A stretch of 64,000 bases of DNA from Candidatus Latescibacterota bacterium (GCA_965248755.1 OZ252149.1:1120001-1184000); one strand, 5' to 3'; shown: positions 18,500-31,313, counted from the stretch's first letter. Numbers and translations are program-made. Notes: generated from the letters alone by a model not told the origin.

Positions 18500-21400
18500 C
18501 TAATCGACCGTCCCCGAGATATTTACTAAATTGTTTCCGTTTAGAGAGATCACCCTTATGGTCATCACCGCGTCCTCAGCAGCTTTGGGAGGGTCTTCGC
18601 CAGGTGCTGAATCGAAGACCGTAAGGGAGAAATTTGTGATGCCAGGTCCGCTATCCCTCGAATCAGGGATAGTAATGTTTACATCGCCCGAAACGCCTCC
18701 GGCCGATGTGGTAACTGTAATAGTGCTGCCTCCCATTAGGGGATTGCCATTTATATCCTGCACGGTGTAGGAGAAGTTCTGACTTCCCCCGTCAGATATT
18801 GTAAAGGGAATAGAGCCCGCACTGGTCACCGCGATGTCATCTGTAAGGCCGGAAAAGAGCACAGTTGTGCGATCTTTTATAACCTCCCCGATCTTGTTGA
18901 CTGTTTGACCTGTCACGATTGCCTCAAAATCGGTCGTGATGTCCGGCAGAAGTTTCGCTGTAAAGAGTGTAACCGAACCTTGACCGTTCTGGTCGGTTAC
19001 GGTGGATCCCTGGATTCCTCCTGCAAGTGTCTGGAACTGTACGGACGTGCCCTGGGGGACCGGGTTGGAGAACTCGTCGAAGACAAATACCGTAATGGTG
19101 CTCTCAAGCCCGAAAACTACCAGACCCGCTAAGTTGACCGGAGTGGCTGAGAGGCTAAAGTGGGCCTGATCGGGCGGACCTCCGTGAATAGCTAAGGGAA
19201 CGGGACCCGATTCTACAGTATCTGATCCGACAATCACCCTCGCGATTACCCTGACAGTCCCTGCAACTATGCCGCTATTAAGGGTCGTGCGTGCAAGACC
19301 GCCGACAGTAGCAGTTTCGGTCGGCGTTAGGAATTCACCTCCCGGGGTTAGGACACCGTCCACAATTGCAGATGTCTTCCCCTCTATACTGAAGACGACC
19401 GTCTCTCCGTCGCCGACTCTGTTACCCTGATCGTCCTGAACCTCGAAGACGACCTCGGAGACCTCGTTGTCGCCTGATCCTCTTATGCCTATCGAAGTCG
19501 CGCTTACCGATGACAGGACTATGCTTGCCGGAAGACCCTTAATGAAGCTAACCTCCGCAGTCTGGGAGATTGTAGCTCCGAACTCTGCGTTTATGATCGC
19601 CCGCCCCACATTTGTGCTTGAAGTCAGTATGACTATTGCCTGACCGTCGCTGTTTGTGATCTCAGACGTCGAAGAGAGTGTCCCTAAGGTCGTTGAAAAG
19701 TCTATCTGTCTGTTGGCAAGCCTTGCCCCGCTCGTGGTTCCCGTCAGGATCGCAGTGACAGCTGACTGAGCGCTTTCATCCGCTATAATTGTATCTGAAT
19801 TGGTCTCTACGGTCAGTGTTACGCCCAAAAGATTTACTGGAATCGTGTTGGAAAGACCACCTGCTGCCGCCCGGATTTTAACAGTCAAAATGTCCCCAGT
19901 ACTCGCTCCGCTTGTGAAGACCACACTAGCCTGCCCGCTTGCTCCGGTCGTGCCAGTCTGCTCTATAGACCCGATATTTTCCTCTCCAGCACCCTGTACC
20001 CCATCCCCATCCTTGTCGTTGAAGCTGAAGAAGTTAACTGCCATCCCTTCTATCGGGTCCCCGTTGCTGTCTAAAACTATCGCCGTCACCTGGGTTGTGG
20101 ACACGCCGTCTGATAGCACATTGGCCTCGGAGACGGAAATGAGTATAGTATCAGGGATGGCTAACACTATGCCCACTACGCTAATAGTAGCCTTCGCCTC
20201 GATCAACTTACCTTCTTTATCTATTGTTCTTGCCGTGACGACGACCGTTCCGTCTAAGGGTAGCGGCTCCCGAGAAGTGGCAAGTTGAGCTTGGGCCAGC
20301 CCGTCTTCATCTGTCTGGGCAGACCCTGAGATTCCACCGGCGCTCGTTTCAAATGAGACCAATGTTCCCTGAGGAACTGGATTTGAAAATCTGTCGAATA
20401 CGAACGCCGTTACAGTCGCTGCTCTTGCTCTGAACGGCTCCCAGACTATCGAATCGGGCTGGACGGCCAAGCTGAAGTGACCGGAATCGGGAGATCCTCC
20501 GCTTATTGCCACGGATGCCCCTGAAGTCACGTTTGTGTCCGCCTGCGCCCGGGCTATGACATTGACGGTTGTGGCTGTGGTGTCGCTCCTTAGTATAGTT
20601 GTCGCCCGACCATCTATCGTCGCAGCCACAGCAGGAGATAGAGACCCCATACCCGACGGCACAAGCGAAAACTCTACGCCAGTTCCGTCTGCTACTCTGT
20701 TGCCCTGAGCGTCGCGCACCTCAAAGACGATTGTGGAATTCTCGTTTTGACCGGCCCCTTTTACGCTAATAGATGCGGGATTCACATCCACCATTACTAT
20801 GCCTGCAGGAGACCCTGGACCCATTACCACTCCAGTTGTCCCTTGTGTCGTAGGCCCGAAGCTCGCCGTGACAGTAGCTGTCCCTATTGTGGTTGGACTC
20901 GTCAACACAGCCACAACTCGGCCGTTCGCATCGGTTGTGGCCTGCTGTGGGGAAATGCCCCCCAGATCGCTGGAGAAATCGATTGTTCTATTCGCAAGTG
21001 GATCTCCGCTTATGCTCTCAGTCAGTACCGCGCTTACGGTAGTAGTATCCGATCCGTTTGCTATTAGAGTACTCCGAGACGCCGAAAGCGTCAATGTCAC
21101 GCCTACAATGTCGATCTCCAGAATAGCAGATATGCTCGAGCCGAACGACGCAGTAACCCTTGCTATCCCGGCGTCTGTCCCACTTCTAAGAGTCGTTATA
21201 ACTTTACCACTCCCATCCGTCAGACCTGATAGAGGCGATAAAGTGCCCGAACTGGTTGAAAAATTGATGTTTCTACCCGATATGGTCTCTCCTGTCGCAG
21301 CGTTTGAGAGGAGAGCGGTAATCGTCGTCTGAGCCGTTCCGTCCGCAATCAGACTGCTATCGGACGCAGAAAGCGCTATGATCATCCCTACAAAATCTAT

Positions 21401-24400
21401 CTCTACAGCCCCGGACACATCTATTCCGAAATTAGCTGTTATCGTAGTTGTTCCTGGCTCTGTACCGCTTGTCAGGACGACCGAAGCCTGGCCGCTTCCA
21501 TTCGTTACCGCCGATTCAGAGGACAAGGCGCCCAGATTGCTGGAAAAATTGATAGCCCTTCCAAAGATGGGTTCTCCTGTGGCGGAGTTGGTCAATAGGG
21601 CGGTGATGAGGGTTTGGTCTATGCCGTCAGCCACTAAACTGTCCTTTGATGACTCCACCTCGAGCCCTATACCCAGAAGAGTTACTTTAGTCGTAGCGCT
21701 CAAGCCCGCCACAGTGGCCCTTAAAGTCGCATCTCTCGACGTTCTACTCGCCTGGCTTGTGAAGACGGCTTTGGCCTGTCCTGAAAAATCCGTCGTATCC
21801 CTGGACGTTAGGGAGCCTATCATATCCTCGCCGGCGTTCAGCTTTCCGTCACCGTTTCTGTCGTTGAAGCTTATAAAGTTTACGACCTGTCCGACGATTG
21901 GAGCGTTCTCCTCGTCAGCATAGATTGCGATCACCTCCGCGGTCGAAGATCCATCGGCAAGGACTGTATCTGGGGCGGCGTCCAGAGAAAGTGAAACACC
22001 CTTGAACCGGACGGTCATCTCACCGATGACGGTGTCAATTGACGCTGTGACTGTGGATGTAACCGTAATTGGACTGACAGAACTTTTGAGTATGACTGAA
22101 ACCTTGCCATTTTCGTCGGTGAGGGTAATAGATGGGGACAGGAGTCCTGAACTTGCCGACAACTCAACGCGCTGATTGCGAACAGCATTCTGAAAGTTGT
22201 CCAGGACTGCGACCGTAATAGTTGTAGTGTCAGCTCCATCGGCTAAGATCTCCTCAGCGAGGCTTTCGAGGTTGATCTGCGATATCTCCGTAGGGGCTAA
22301 AGGCCCGCGTCGTATTGTGGTCTCCTCGTTCCCATTAAAAGACGTGACATCTATAGTTATCGAAGGCTCCGTCGTCTCATCGTCATCGTCTTTAAAGACG
22401 AAAGAGAAGAAGGTAGAAGAGCGACTTCTCGTATCAGGGAGAGTAATATCGACCTCTCCAGTGACTTCGCCTCCTTCAACCGAGACTTGAATAGTACTTC
22501 CGCCCACCAGTGGATTTCCGACCAAATCGCCCACAAAGTATACAAATCCTTGGATTCCGCCCTCGCCTACAGTAATGGCGGACGGCTGAGCCACAATCGG
22601 CGCGGTATCTCCGCTGAACAGGACTCCGACGCTGTCTTTTATGGCGTTTCCGTTCTTATCTAAGGTCTGGGCTACAACTATCGCCTGGAATTTGGTAGTG
22701 CTGTCAGGCAGAGGCTTAGCGGTGGTGAGTTCAACAGTGGCTGCGCCGTCCGAATTCGTGACTGCTGAGCCCTGGATTCCGCCTGCAGATGTCTGGAATT
22801 GTACTGCTGTCCCCTCCGGAACGGGGTTGGAGAACTCGTCAAAGACAAAGGCCGTTATCTGATCCTTAATTCCGGAGAACTTGAGCCCAGCTATGTTGAC
22901 GACGTTGGCGACGACCGTAAAGTGAACACCATCGGGCGGACCGCCGTGTACGGTTACAGGCACAGGGCCTGAGTTTATGATCTCTCCATCGGCGCCTGTA
23001 GTGGTCGCTATTATCTGAACCGCTCCCGCCTTCGTGCCACTCCTGAGCGTGGTTGTAACGAGACCGTTGAACGTCCGAGCCGATGTAGGAGAGAGCGATT
23101 CCCCGCCCGTTGTGGCCCCGGAGATCTTAAATGTCACCTGCGTAGTGTCAGAGGCGTTTCTGCCCAGTGAATCCACCACTCGGAAGGTTAAATCAGTAGT
23201 TTCTCTGCCACCTGATCCCCTGACGCCTATGGTCCTTGAGGTTATACTCTCAAGCTGGATGCTTGCGGGTTCGCCTCCTGTCAGGGGGAGTATCTTGACC
23301 CCGACTGTATCGCTTATACCAGCGCCGTAGATGACTATGACATTGGTGACTCCAAAGCGATTCCCGCTCTTTAGGATACTTGTGGCGACGCCAGTTTCAT
23401 CTGTCGTCGCAAATCCGGCCATCGTCCCGAGCTGCGTTCCGAACTCTATTGTAGCCCCCTGGATGGGAATTTTGGTCTTCGCCTCCTTGAGCACAGCCGT
23501 TACGGTAGCCTCCGCACCGTTTACAGATACAGATTCTGGGTTGGCCGAAGCCTCCAAAGAGATACCCCTGTATTCCACAGTTATCGGATCTGCTACCCTT
23601 TCACCTACGCGGGCGCGCACGGTATCTATAAGTCCCTCCTCTGACGTTACCGCCGGACTTTGGAGCTTAACCTTCGCGGCGCCCCATTTCAGGTTTATCG
23701 TGTCGAACTCTAAGAACTGAGCCCCTGTCTTGGCGGACGGTTCTATTGATCCGAAGTTAGCCGAAAAGTCAACTACTATGTCCCCTACGGGGTTTCCCTC
23801 AGTGTCCCTGACCAAGGCCGTAATCTCCAGGGTCTCGATCCCGTTTCCAAGGACACTGTTTATGTCTGCAGAGAGCACGACGTCTGCCACAGTGCCCGTA
23901 AAGCCAGGTATAATAAAGGGCTGATTCTTCTCGATAGATCCGGTCTGAGTCCTTATCGTTGCATCCCGTCCTGCCATCGTCCGGGGATACGTAAAAGTAG
24001 TCTGTGCCTTTCCGTTGACTGTTATAGCTGGACTCTGGATTACGCCGAGGGGCTCATCTATCCCGAAGTGCACCAGCGTCCCGTCCGCCACAGGGTTCCC
24101 GTTGATGTCCGCCACAACCGCCGACACAGGCAGGTCGAAAGTTCCATCACCGTTATTTCTGGGTGGGGGTATGAATCCGACTTCAAGCGTAAAAGGGGCG
24201 CCAGCTATCGTAAGCTTCACCACGTTCGACCTTATCTCCTCAGCGCCGGGCACCATAGCCACGATCTGAACGTCGTTTAAAGATTTGCTCGGTTTGAACC
24301 CACTGGTGAAGGTAGTCGTAGCTACTCCACTTGAGTTAGTGGCGGCGGTTCCCGGATTTATATTTTCCCCTCCGGAAGGTCCGGAAATTGTCGTGAAGCT

Positions 24401-25681
24401 TATCGTGGCATCGGGTATGGGATTGCCCGCAGAATCGGAAGCGACAGCTATCAAGGTCGATGTCCCACCGTCGACTCTGACTATAGAGGGGCTAACCGAA
24501 AGTTCTATCGAAGCGGGCAGTGCTGCCTTTATCTCCACTTCGATCGTCTTGGATATAGTGTCAGTGCCCCTTTTGGCTATGGCGGTCACCAACGCCCTAC
24601 CTGCTCCAGCGGAGGTTAAAATAGACTCTGCTCTACCGTCAGAATCCGTAAAAGCCACAAAAGGCTCTATCTTCCCTAACGTAGTTGAAAAATCTATCTC
24701 CGCGCCCTCTACAGGCTGATTCTCATCCAAAAGACTCGCTGAGATTAGGGAAGAACCTACATTAGCGATGAACGTATCCGGATCGGCTTCGATTTCAAAC
24801 GTTAAAGCCGTAAAGGTGATCGAGACTTCCCCAGAGACTCCCGCGGCTTTGGCTGTAACTATTGCTTTACCTGCTGCGGAACTCGAAAGCGTGGCTTTTA
24901 CTCTCCCTCTGACATCAGTGGTATCCACCTCTATAAAGAGATTCCCCAATGTGGTCGTTAGCTCCACCGGCTCTCCCACAATAGGAGTTTCCGCAGCGTC
25001 CGTTAAGGTCACACTTATAAGGGACCCTTCTGGGTCATCCACAATCAGATTTACGGGGGTCGCTGAAATTGCCAGATCGATCCCTGTAAAGATCACCTGT
25101 GTGTTCCTTTCTATGTTGCTGTGTCGGGCTGTGATTATGGCTATCCCCTCCGTCCTCTGGCTGATCAGCTTGACGGTGGCTCTTCCATTGGCATCCGTGA
25201 TCGCAGAACGCGGTATCACTCCGAGCGTGGAAGAGAACTGTATTTCCGAAGAGACGACGGGGTTGCTATCTGCGTCCTTCAAAAGAGCCGTGATCGTTGA
25301 CGTGCTCGCTCCGTTGGATAAAATATCGGTTGGGTTTGCCGTCAAGATGAGAAATATCTTCTTAAAGACTACAGCTATAGTGTCCCTTGAATTGACCACC
25401 TGGGCCTCGACCCTAACCATGTCGGGAGTTGTGCTGCTTGTAAGCTTGGTCATAGCTGTTCCACCGACTGTAAAGCTAGGACTCAAAACCGAGCCGCTCC
25501 CTCCAGGGAGGATGTTGAAGATCACTTCTGTCCCGTCTGAGAGCGATGTGCCATTATCATCTGCCACGCTTGCCACTATAGTGGTCGAAGAAAGGCCGTT
25601 TGCCACTATAGCTGTCGTATCAGCCGATAGGGTCACCTTAATACCCTTGTAGGCCACCTCTGTTGTGTCGAGGGAGTTTAT
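18500..25681 (-). pseudogene. 3' part of giant invasin-type Ig-like (Big_1) repeat protein, cut off from its 5' part by IS1380
   Basis: Many I.ADG.STTTITA.L.D..G.P.....V.FSTTLG...TD..G.A repeats; frame continues to the target duplication at 25677-25681. Confidence 0.9.
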
Positions 25682-27307
25682 CCCCCATTCGCCATATTAG
25701 ACCCGAAAAATGGTTGTCAAAGTCGCCAGAACATGTTATATTACAATAAATAAGACTCATAAATGGCGGATAAATATTGATCATCCAGAGGGTGAAAGAA
25801 TCAAAGTAGGTTTTGATGGAGGAATAAAGCTTGAATTTCATGGTGCAAAGGTGACATCAAACGGTGGACTTCTTGCGTATCGTGACCTTGATTACGCACT
25901 GGGATTATTTGATTCGGTATCAGCGGTTTTTACCGATAAACGCACAGGCCGTAATATCCAACATGATATATCTACTCTCCTGCGTCAATCGATATACAGC
26001 CGTCTTGCAGGATATGAAGATGTAAATGACGCCGAGCGATTATCCGTTGATCCCGTCATGCGAGCGATTACCGGAAAGAAGGACAAAGGCAGGCAAGCTG
26101 CCAGCTCCAACACGATAGGACGTTTTGAAACTGATATACTGACTCAGCATGACAATCTCAGAAACTTGTCAGATATCAATGGCAAGTGGGTTCAAAAAGC
26201 GATGAGTAAAACACAGCATCAACGAATCATTCTGGACATGGACAGTTCGGAGAGTCCGGTACATGGCCAGCAGGAAGGATCAGCTTACAACGGTCATTTC
26301 GGATGTACCTGTTTTCATCCAGTGTTCTGCTTCAATCAGTTCGGGGATTGTGAAGGAGTCCTACTTCGCTCTGGTAATGTTCACAGTGCTGATCGTTGGA
26401 AGGAAGTTCTGGAACCGATCGTCAAGAGATACGAGAGCAAGAAGAATAGGAAATACTTTCGAGGCGATGCTGCATTCGCAAAGCCTGAGATTTATGATTA
26501 TCTGGAGGGAAACGGCTATTTGTATGCCATTCGGCTTCCCGCAAATGAGATACTCTATGAAAAGATACGATACCTGCTGACTCGGCCAGTTGGACGACCG
26601 CCGAGGAAACCGATTGTATCGTTATATGAATTTCAATATAAAGCGGCCAGTTGGGATCAATCGAGGCGAGTGGTCGCCAAGGTTGAATGGCACCAAGGGG
26701 AGTTATTCCCAAGAGTGGGATTTATCGTGACCAACATGAGCGCCAAGCCAGAAGGCGTGGTACACTTCTACAATGGCCGTGGCAGAGCTGAGCAGTGGAT
26801 TAAGGAGGGCAAGTATGCTCTGAACTGGACCCGACTCTCATGCAAGCGTTTCGTCTCCAATCAGGTGAGGCTCTGGCTGTTTGTTCTGGCTTACAACTTG
26901 GGCAACTTCCTGCGACGTTTTGTTCTTCCGAAGAAAATCAAACACTGGTCACTACGCAGCCTCCTCGTGAAATTTATCAAAATCGGAGCGAAGATTGTCA
27001 GACACAGCGGATATATTACGTTTCAAATGGCTGAGGTTGGGATAGACAAGAGGTTATTTGCCGAAATATTATCCCGGATTGAACGATTGCGATGTTATTC
27101 TGTTTAAACTGCCACATTTTTTTGTGAGTCGATGGAGAGGTGTCTCTAATTGGAGGATTTAAACACAAAGAAAGTGATAATTCAGAGGAAAATACTATTT
27201 TAATTGAAAAAAGTACTTGTTGAAAAATGTAAAAGTGGTAATATTAATTCAGAAACAAGAATGTATCGAAATATAATCCCTCATGAATGTGATATGGGGA
27301 ATGTCGG
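25682..27307 (+). mobile_element. IS1380-family insertion sequence (1626 bp)
   Basis: 16-bp imperfect TIRs CCCCCATTCGCCATAT / CCGACATTCCCCATAT; flanking direct repeat TTTAT at 25677-25681 and 27308-27312. Confidence 0.92.
25710..27107 (+). CDS. IS1380-family DDE transposase (intact frame; start uncertain)
   Basis: TSNGGLL, GYEDVNDA, ILDMDSS...HGQQEG.AYNGH, RGDAAF, FYNGRG.AEQWIKEGK, LAYNLGN. Confidence 0.93.
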   Translation: MVVKVARTCYITINKTHKWRINIDHPEGERIKVGFDGGIKLEFHGAKVTSNGGLLAYRDLDYALGLFDSVSAVFTDKRTGRNIQHDISTLLRQSIYSRLAGYEDVNDAERLSVDPVMRAITGKKDKGRQAASSNTIGRFETDILTQHDNLRNLSDINGKWVQKAMSKTQHQRIILDMDSSESPVHGQQEGSAYNGHFGCTCFHPVFCFNQFGDCEGVLLRSGNVHSADRWKEVLEPIVKRYESKKNRKYFRGDAAFAKPEIYDYLEGNGYLYAIRLPANEILYEKIRYLLTRPVGRPPRKPIVSLYEFQYKAASWDQSRRVVAKVEWHQGELFPRVGFIVTNMSAKPEGVVHFYNGRGRAEQWIKEGKYALNWTRLSCKRFVSNQVRLWLFVLAYNLGNFLRRFVLPKKIKHWSLRSLLVKFIKIGAKIVRHSGYITFQMAEVGIDKRLFAEILSRIERLRCYSV

Positions 27308-28584
27308 TTTATACTCCTTGCTTCTATCAGAACACGTCCTGGTATCGTGCTGCTTGTAAGCGTGGTCGTGGCCTTCCCGTTTGCCGTCAATCTCGGGCTC
27401 CCTATAGACCCCGTTCCCTCTATGATCTTAAATTCCACCTCTGTGTCGTCGGAAAGAGAGGTCCCATTTTTGTCCGTGATGTCTGCCGTGATCGTGGATG
27501 TACTGATACCGTCTGCGACTATAGACCTCGGATTAGCCGAAAGTGTTACTATCACGTCTAAATAGACAACTTCTATCGTGTCGGCTGACTCTAACACCCT
27601 TGCCTCTACCAGAACGGGTCCCGGAGTCGTTGTGCTTGTAAGGACGGTTTCGGCCTCTCCTCCAAACGTGAGTCTCGGGCTCAATACAGAACCGTTGCCG
27701 CTGACGATCTCAAAGTTCACTTCAGTGCTGTCGGGGAGCGCACTGCCTGTCCTGTCGGTGACTGTGGCCGTGATGATAGAGGTTCCCACGCCGCTTGCGG
27801 CTACAAACCTCGGACTTGCAGTCAAGTTTACTACGATTTCGGTGTATATGACCTGCACACTATCCCTCACATCTCCCACTCTAACTTCTACGGAGACTTT
27901 GTCGGGCACAGTACTGCTTCTAAGGATAGTCGAAGCCCTTCCCTCCACGGTAAGTTTAGGGCTTAGGATAGATCCTGAGCCTCCGGGAAGGATAGCAAAG
28001 ATTACAGTAGTGCTGTCCGGGAAGGGATTGTTATTCTGATCTAAAAGAGTGGCAGTAATAGTGGAAGTGCTGACGCCGTTTGCTACGATAGAAGTAGGAC
28101 TAGCGGATAAACTTAAGTTGACCTCAAGGTCACTAACTCGGGCCTCGGCCGCACCCAAGGCGGTGGCAGTGAATGTTGTCGGCGATCCGGAAAGGCCCGG
28201 GGACGTAGCGAAAACAGTGTTTACTCCGGAGATAGGACCGAGCGTGAGCCTTGTGGAAGCTAACCCGTCCGAGCCAGTGACGACAGTATCGGCAGTGACG
28301 GTTCCCCCGCCGGCTGTTACCGTAAAGATTATCGTCACGCCTGCTACAGACGTGTTATTCGGGTCTATAGCTGTGACTACAAGGGGATTGGGGAGGGTAT
28401 GTCCTGCATTGCCAGACTGATTGTTGCCTGAGACTATACGGATATCGAAGTTGACATTGGAACTTAAGCTCGGTTTGCTCGGAGACACTGGATTGTCTTC
28501 ATCGCCGCAGGAAAGAGCAAGAATAAGAAACGTTAAGGACAATAATCCAATTGTAAGACCGAACGCCCTTTTGTTGTCGAACAC
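27308..28584 (-). pseudogene. 5' part of the giant Ig-like repeat lipoprotein
   Basis: RBS GGGAG + GTG at 28584; lipobox LALSC; SGNNQSG..G.TLPNPLVV domain then Big_1 repeats; rejoins 25676 in frame once the IS is removed. Confidence 0.88.
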
Positions 28585-28715
28585 AACGTCTCCCTTTGTG
28601 GTGATTACACGCCCGATACGCATTCTGTAATATTATGCTTTCCCCTATTGAAGTAGATAGTAGAACAGACGTTCTGTCTGGTTAGACTGGGTATCCCTTT
28701 CCTGTATGCTGTCTT

Positions 28716-29576
28716 CTATTTTACTTCCCCCTTATAGACGCTTTTCAAGACCATTTGGACCTTGTCTATGAGTTCTATCCATTCAAAAGGCTCTATTAGA
28801 TACTCATCTGCCCCGTACATCATCGCTTTGACTTTATCAGGCGTATCCGAAAGGGGCGTTAACATTATTATCGGTATATGAGATGTCCTTGAATCTTCCT
28901 TAATCCTCTGACACAACTTATGGCTGTCTGTGTCTGGAAGATTTATATCTAAAATGACCAGATCGGGAATTTCCGCTGTGACTCTGTTGAATCCTTCTTC
29001 CCCGTTTCGGGCTTCGATCACTTGGTAGGAAGCCTTGAGGATATCTGACGCCATCTCTCTTTGAGAGGTATGGTCGTCAATTACCAAGACCTTGTCAAAT
29101 ATCCTTTCCTCTCCAAATTCCAAAAGGGTGTCCAGCTCAACTATCCTGTTGTCCAATTTCATTATCAGGTTAATCTGAATATTAAAGACATTTAAGAAGA
29201 ATCGTTTGAAGAGACGCTCTTTATCTTTGAAGAATTTCATAAGATCGACTCTTTCGAACCTTAAAAGGACACACGGGGCCTCTGTCTTCACGGCCTCTTC
29301 GTTATCAGCCTCTGCCTTCACGGTCGCTGTTCTGGCGTACTGTTCTATTATGACCTGAGATCCCAGAGTATCGCCTTCGGTGACTTCAGCCAGCTTTATC
29401 CCTCCAAACCAGACTGAGACCCTTCCTTTTTCAATAATATACATATTCGACCCTTCTTGCCCCTCCTCGATCACCACCTCTCCAGGCGGAAAGTCCTTTC
29501 GCACTCCCACCTTGAGGAACTCCTCTCTATCCTCGTCCGAGAAACCTTTAAATAGTACCTCGATATCTTTGACCAT
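28716..29576 (-). CDS. Cyclic-nucleotide-binding domain fused to receiver domain
   Basis: F.PGEVVIEEG..G..MYII.KG.V...RTATV; VLVIDD, PDLVILDINLP, PIIMLT, GADEYL.EPF. Confidence 0.85.
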   Translation of the reverse strand: MVKDIEVLFKGFSDEDREEFLKVGVRKDFPPGEVVIEEGQEGSNMYIIEKGRVSVWFGGIKLAEVTEGDTLGSQVIIEQYARTATVKAEADNEEAVKTEAPCVLLRFERVDLMKFFKDKERLFKRFFLNVFNIQINLIMKLDNRIVELDTLLEFGEERIFDKVLVIDDHTSQREMASDILKASYQVIEARNGEEGFNRVTAEIPDLVILDINLPDTDSHKLCQRIKEDSRTSHIPIIMLTPLSDTPDKVKAMMYGADEYLIEPFEWIELIDKVQMVLKSVYKGEVK

Positions 29577-29580
29577 ATTA

Positions 29581-30108
29581 TTACTCCTCTGCCAATGAGG
29601 GCAAAGAGACGAAAAAGTTCAGCGGCTCGGTCACAGCGTCCAGGAACGAAGCCGTAACCTCAACTCTTCCCCGTGTCCTCGGCGACACCGCAATAAACGT
29701 GACATTGGATGTGAACTCCCTCTTGTTGTTCTCCAGGATATCGACCGTAATCTGTTTGGGAGCTAAAGATCCGCCGAATGTAGTGTTCAAGACTATTTCC
29801 CCAGTCGTTCCGACGGGTATATTGCTCCCGTCTGTTCGCCTGAGTGTCGTTACTATGGGTGCTTCATCACCTACTTCCAAAAATCGGTTCGGCGTGAAAA
29901 GCGTCAGCGTGAAATCTAGATCAGAAGTGACAGCTGAGACTGTCTTTCCCTCCGTACCACATCCTGAGAGGAAAATCAAAATCAAAATCGAAGAGAGAAG
30001 ATAGTAGACGATAGACAGATCCCCGATTGAATCTATCGGGGACAGGGCACCGCCTCGCATCCCTGTGAGCTGTCTGCTTGCCTCTGCGTGTTTACTAATC
30101 TGAATCAA
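29581..30108 (-). CDS. Hypothetical lipoprotein, single Ig-like domain (start uncertain)
   Basis: Hydrophobic stretch + LSGC lipobox; TTG start overlaps pilT stop; N-region contains the dispersed palindrome. Confidence 0.6.
   Translation of the reverse strand: MIQISKHAEASRQLTGMRGGALSPIDSIGDLSIVYYLLSSILILIFLSGCGTEGKTVSAVTSDLDFTLTLFTPNRFLEVGDEAPIVTTLRRTDGSNIPVGTTGEIVLNTTFGGSLAPKQITVDILENNKREFTSNVTFIAVSPRTRGRVEVTASFLDAVTEPLNFFVSLPSLAEE
30020..30042. repeat. Dispersed palindrome copy (within ORF N-terminus)
   Basis: TCCCCGATTGAATCTATCGGGGA, read as SPIDSIGD on minus strand. Confidence 0.9.
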
Positions 30109-31313
30109 CCTAATAGCTCCTCCATCTTCTTTTTGTTGTTGGCAAAGTTCATCGTCTCTTCTTTGGATATCTTCCGGTTTTGATAGAGCCGTTTGAGTTC
30201 CTGCTCCATAGTCTGCATCCCCAGCGAGCTCCCCTCGTACATCATCTGGTAAATCTCGCCCGTGTTGTTATTTTTTATCGCCGATTTGACGGACGAGGTC
30301 ATAAGCATAATCTCCCTGGCAGCAACGCGCTTCCCATCTAAAGTCGGTATAAGCTGTTGTGATATCACGCATTTCAGGGTCTCAGCCAGGCGCTCTCTGA
30401 CCCTGTTTTGCTCCTCTGAGGGACATTCGCCAATAATTCTGTCTATGCTCTCCACAGCCGACGCCGTATGCAACGTGGAGAAGACCTTATGACCGCTGTC
30501 AGTGATCTCCAGTGCCGTTATGATGGTCTCCGGATCTCTCATCTCTCCGATCACTATGATATCGGGGTCCTGACGAAGCGCCTCTATCGCCCCGAATTTG
30601 AAAGACTTGACGTCCCTTCCCACCTCCCTGTGGCGGACTATGCAACTTTTCGACTCGTGGATATTTTCTACAGGCGAGGCTATGATCACGATGTGGCCAT
30701 TTGACATCTCATTGTTGGCATCTATTATGCTGTCCAAGGTTGTACTCTTACCACTGCCTGTGATCCCCGTTACGAGCGTGAGCCCTTGTTTATCGTACTT
30801 TAAGATTATGGATCTGGCTACGTTGGGATGCAGTTCCATGCCTTTGAAGGGCCGTATCTCTCCGGCGATGAGCCTCATATTAAGAGCCAGATGATCTAAG
30901 TCGAAGTACATATCCGCCCTATAGCGATTTTCCTGCCCGTTGTGTGAAACGCCGTAGGAGAAGTCAAGATTCCGATTTTCCAAAAGGTAGTCCCGCTGGC
31001 TCTCCATTATGAGGCTGTGCAGCATGAGGTCCATCTCATCGTGGCTGAAGGGATCTATCTCTTCATCCGGCTCCTTCTCACCCTGAACCCTGTACCACAC
31101 CCTGTTCCTGCACCCAGAGCTTCCCATGTCTACGTCCGAAGAATCCTTCTCCGGCATCTTCACGAGAAAGCTATCTATAGTCTCCTTCAGCACGAGCTGA
31201 ACTTTAATGGGCAGCGATGTGATGATGCTTCCCACTTGTTGCTGTCGTTCTATCCCGGTCAGGCTCTGCTGGATCTTCGGTGTCAGCTTGCTAAGTATCT
31301 CTTTGACGATCAT
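30105..31313 (-). CDS. pilT: Type IV pilus retraction ATPase PilT/PilU family
   Basis: LVTGITGSGKSTT, HREVGRD, ALRQDPDIIVIGEMRDPET, SGHKVFSTLHT, GMQTMEQ. Confidence 0.88.
   Translation of the reverse strand: MIVKEILSKLTPKIQQSLTGIERQQQVGSIITSLPIKVQLVLKETIDSFLVKMPEKDSSDVDMGSSGCRNRVWYRVQGEKEPDEEIDPFSHDEMDLMLHSLIMESQRDYLLENRNLDFSYGVSHNGQENRYRADMYFDLDHLALNMRLIAGEIRPFKGMELHPNVARSIILKYDKQGLTLVTGITGSGKSTTLDSIIDANNEMSNGHIVIIASPVENIHESKSCIVRHREVGRDVKSFKFGAIEALRQDPDIIVIGEMRDPETIITALEITDSGHKVFSTLHTASAVESIDRIIGECPSEEQNRVRERLAETLKCVISQQLIPTLDGKRVAAREIMLMTSSVKSAIKNNNTGEIYQMMYEGSSLGMQTMEQELKRLYQNRKISKEETMNFANNKKKMEELLG

Noticed and set aside
18531..28630. Numerous plus-strand ORFs over the Ig-repeat gene
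   Set aside because: Antisense shadows of a Thr/Val/Ala/Ser-rich repetitive gene; no motifs.
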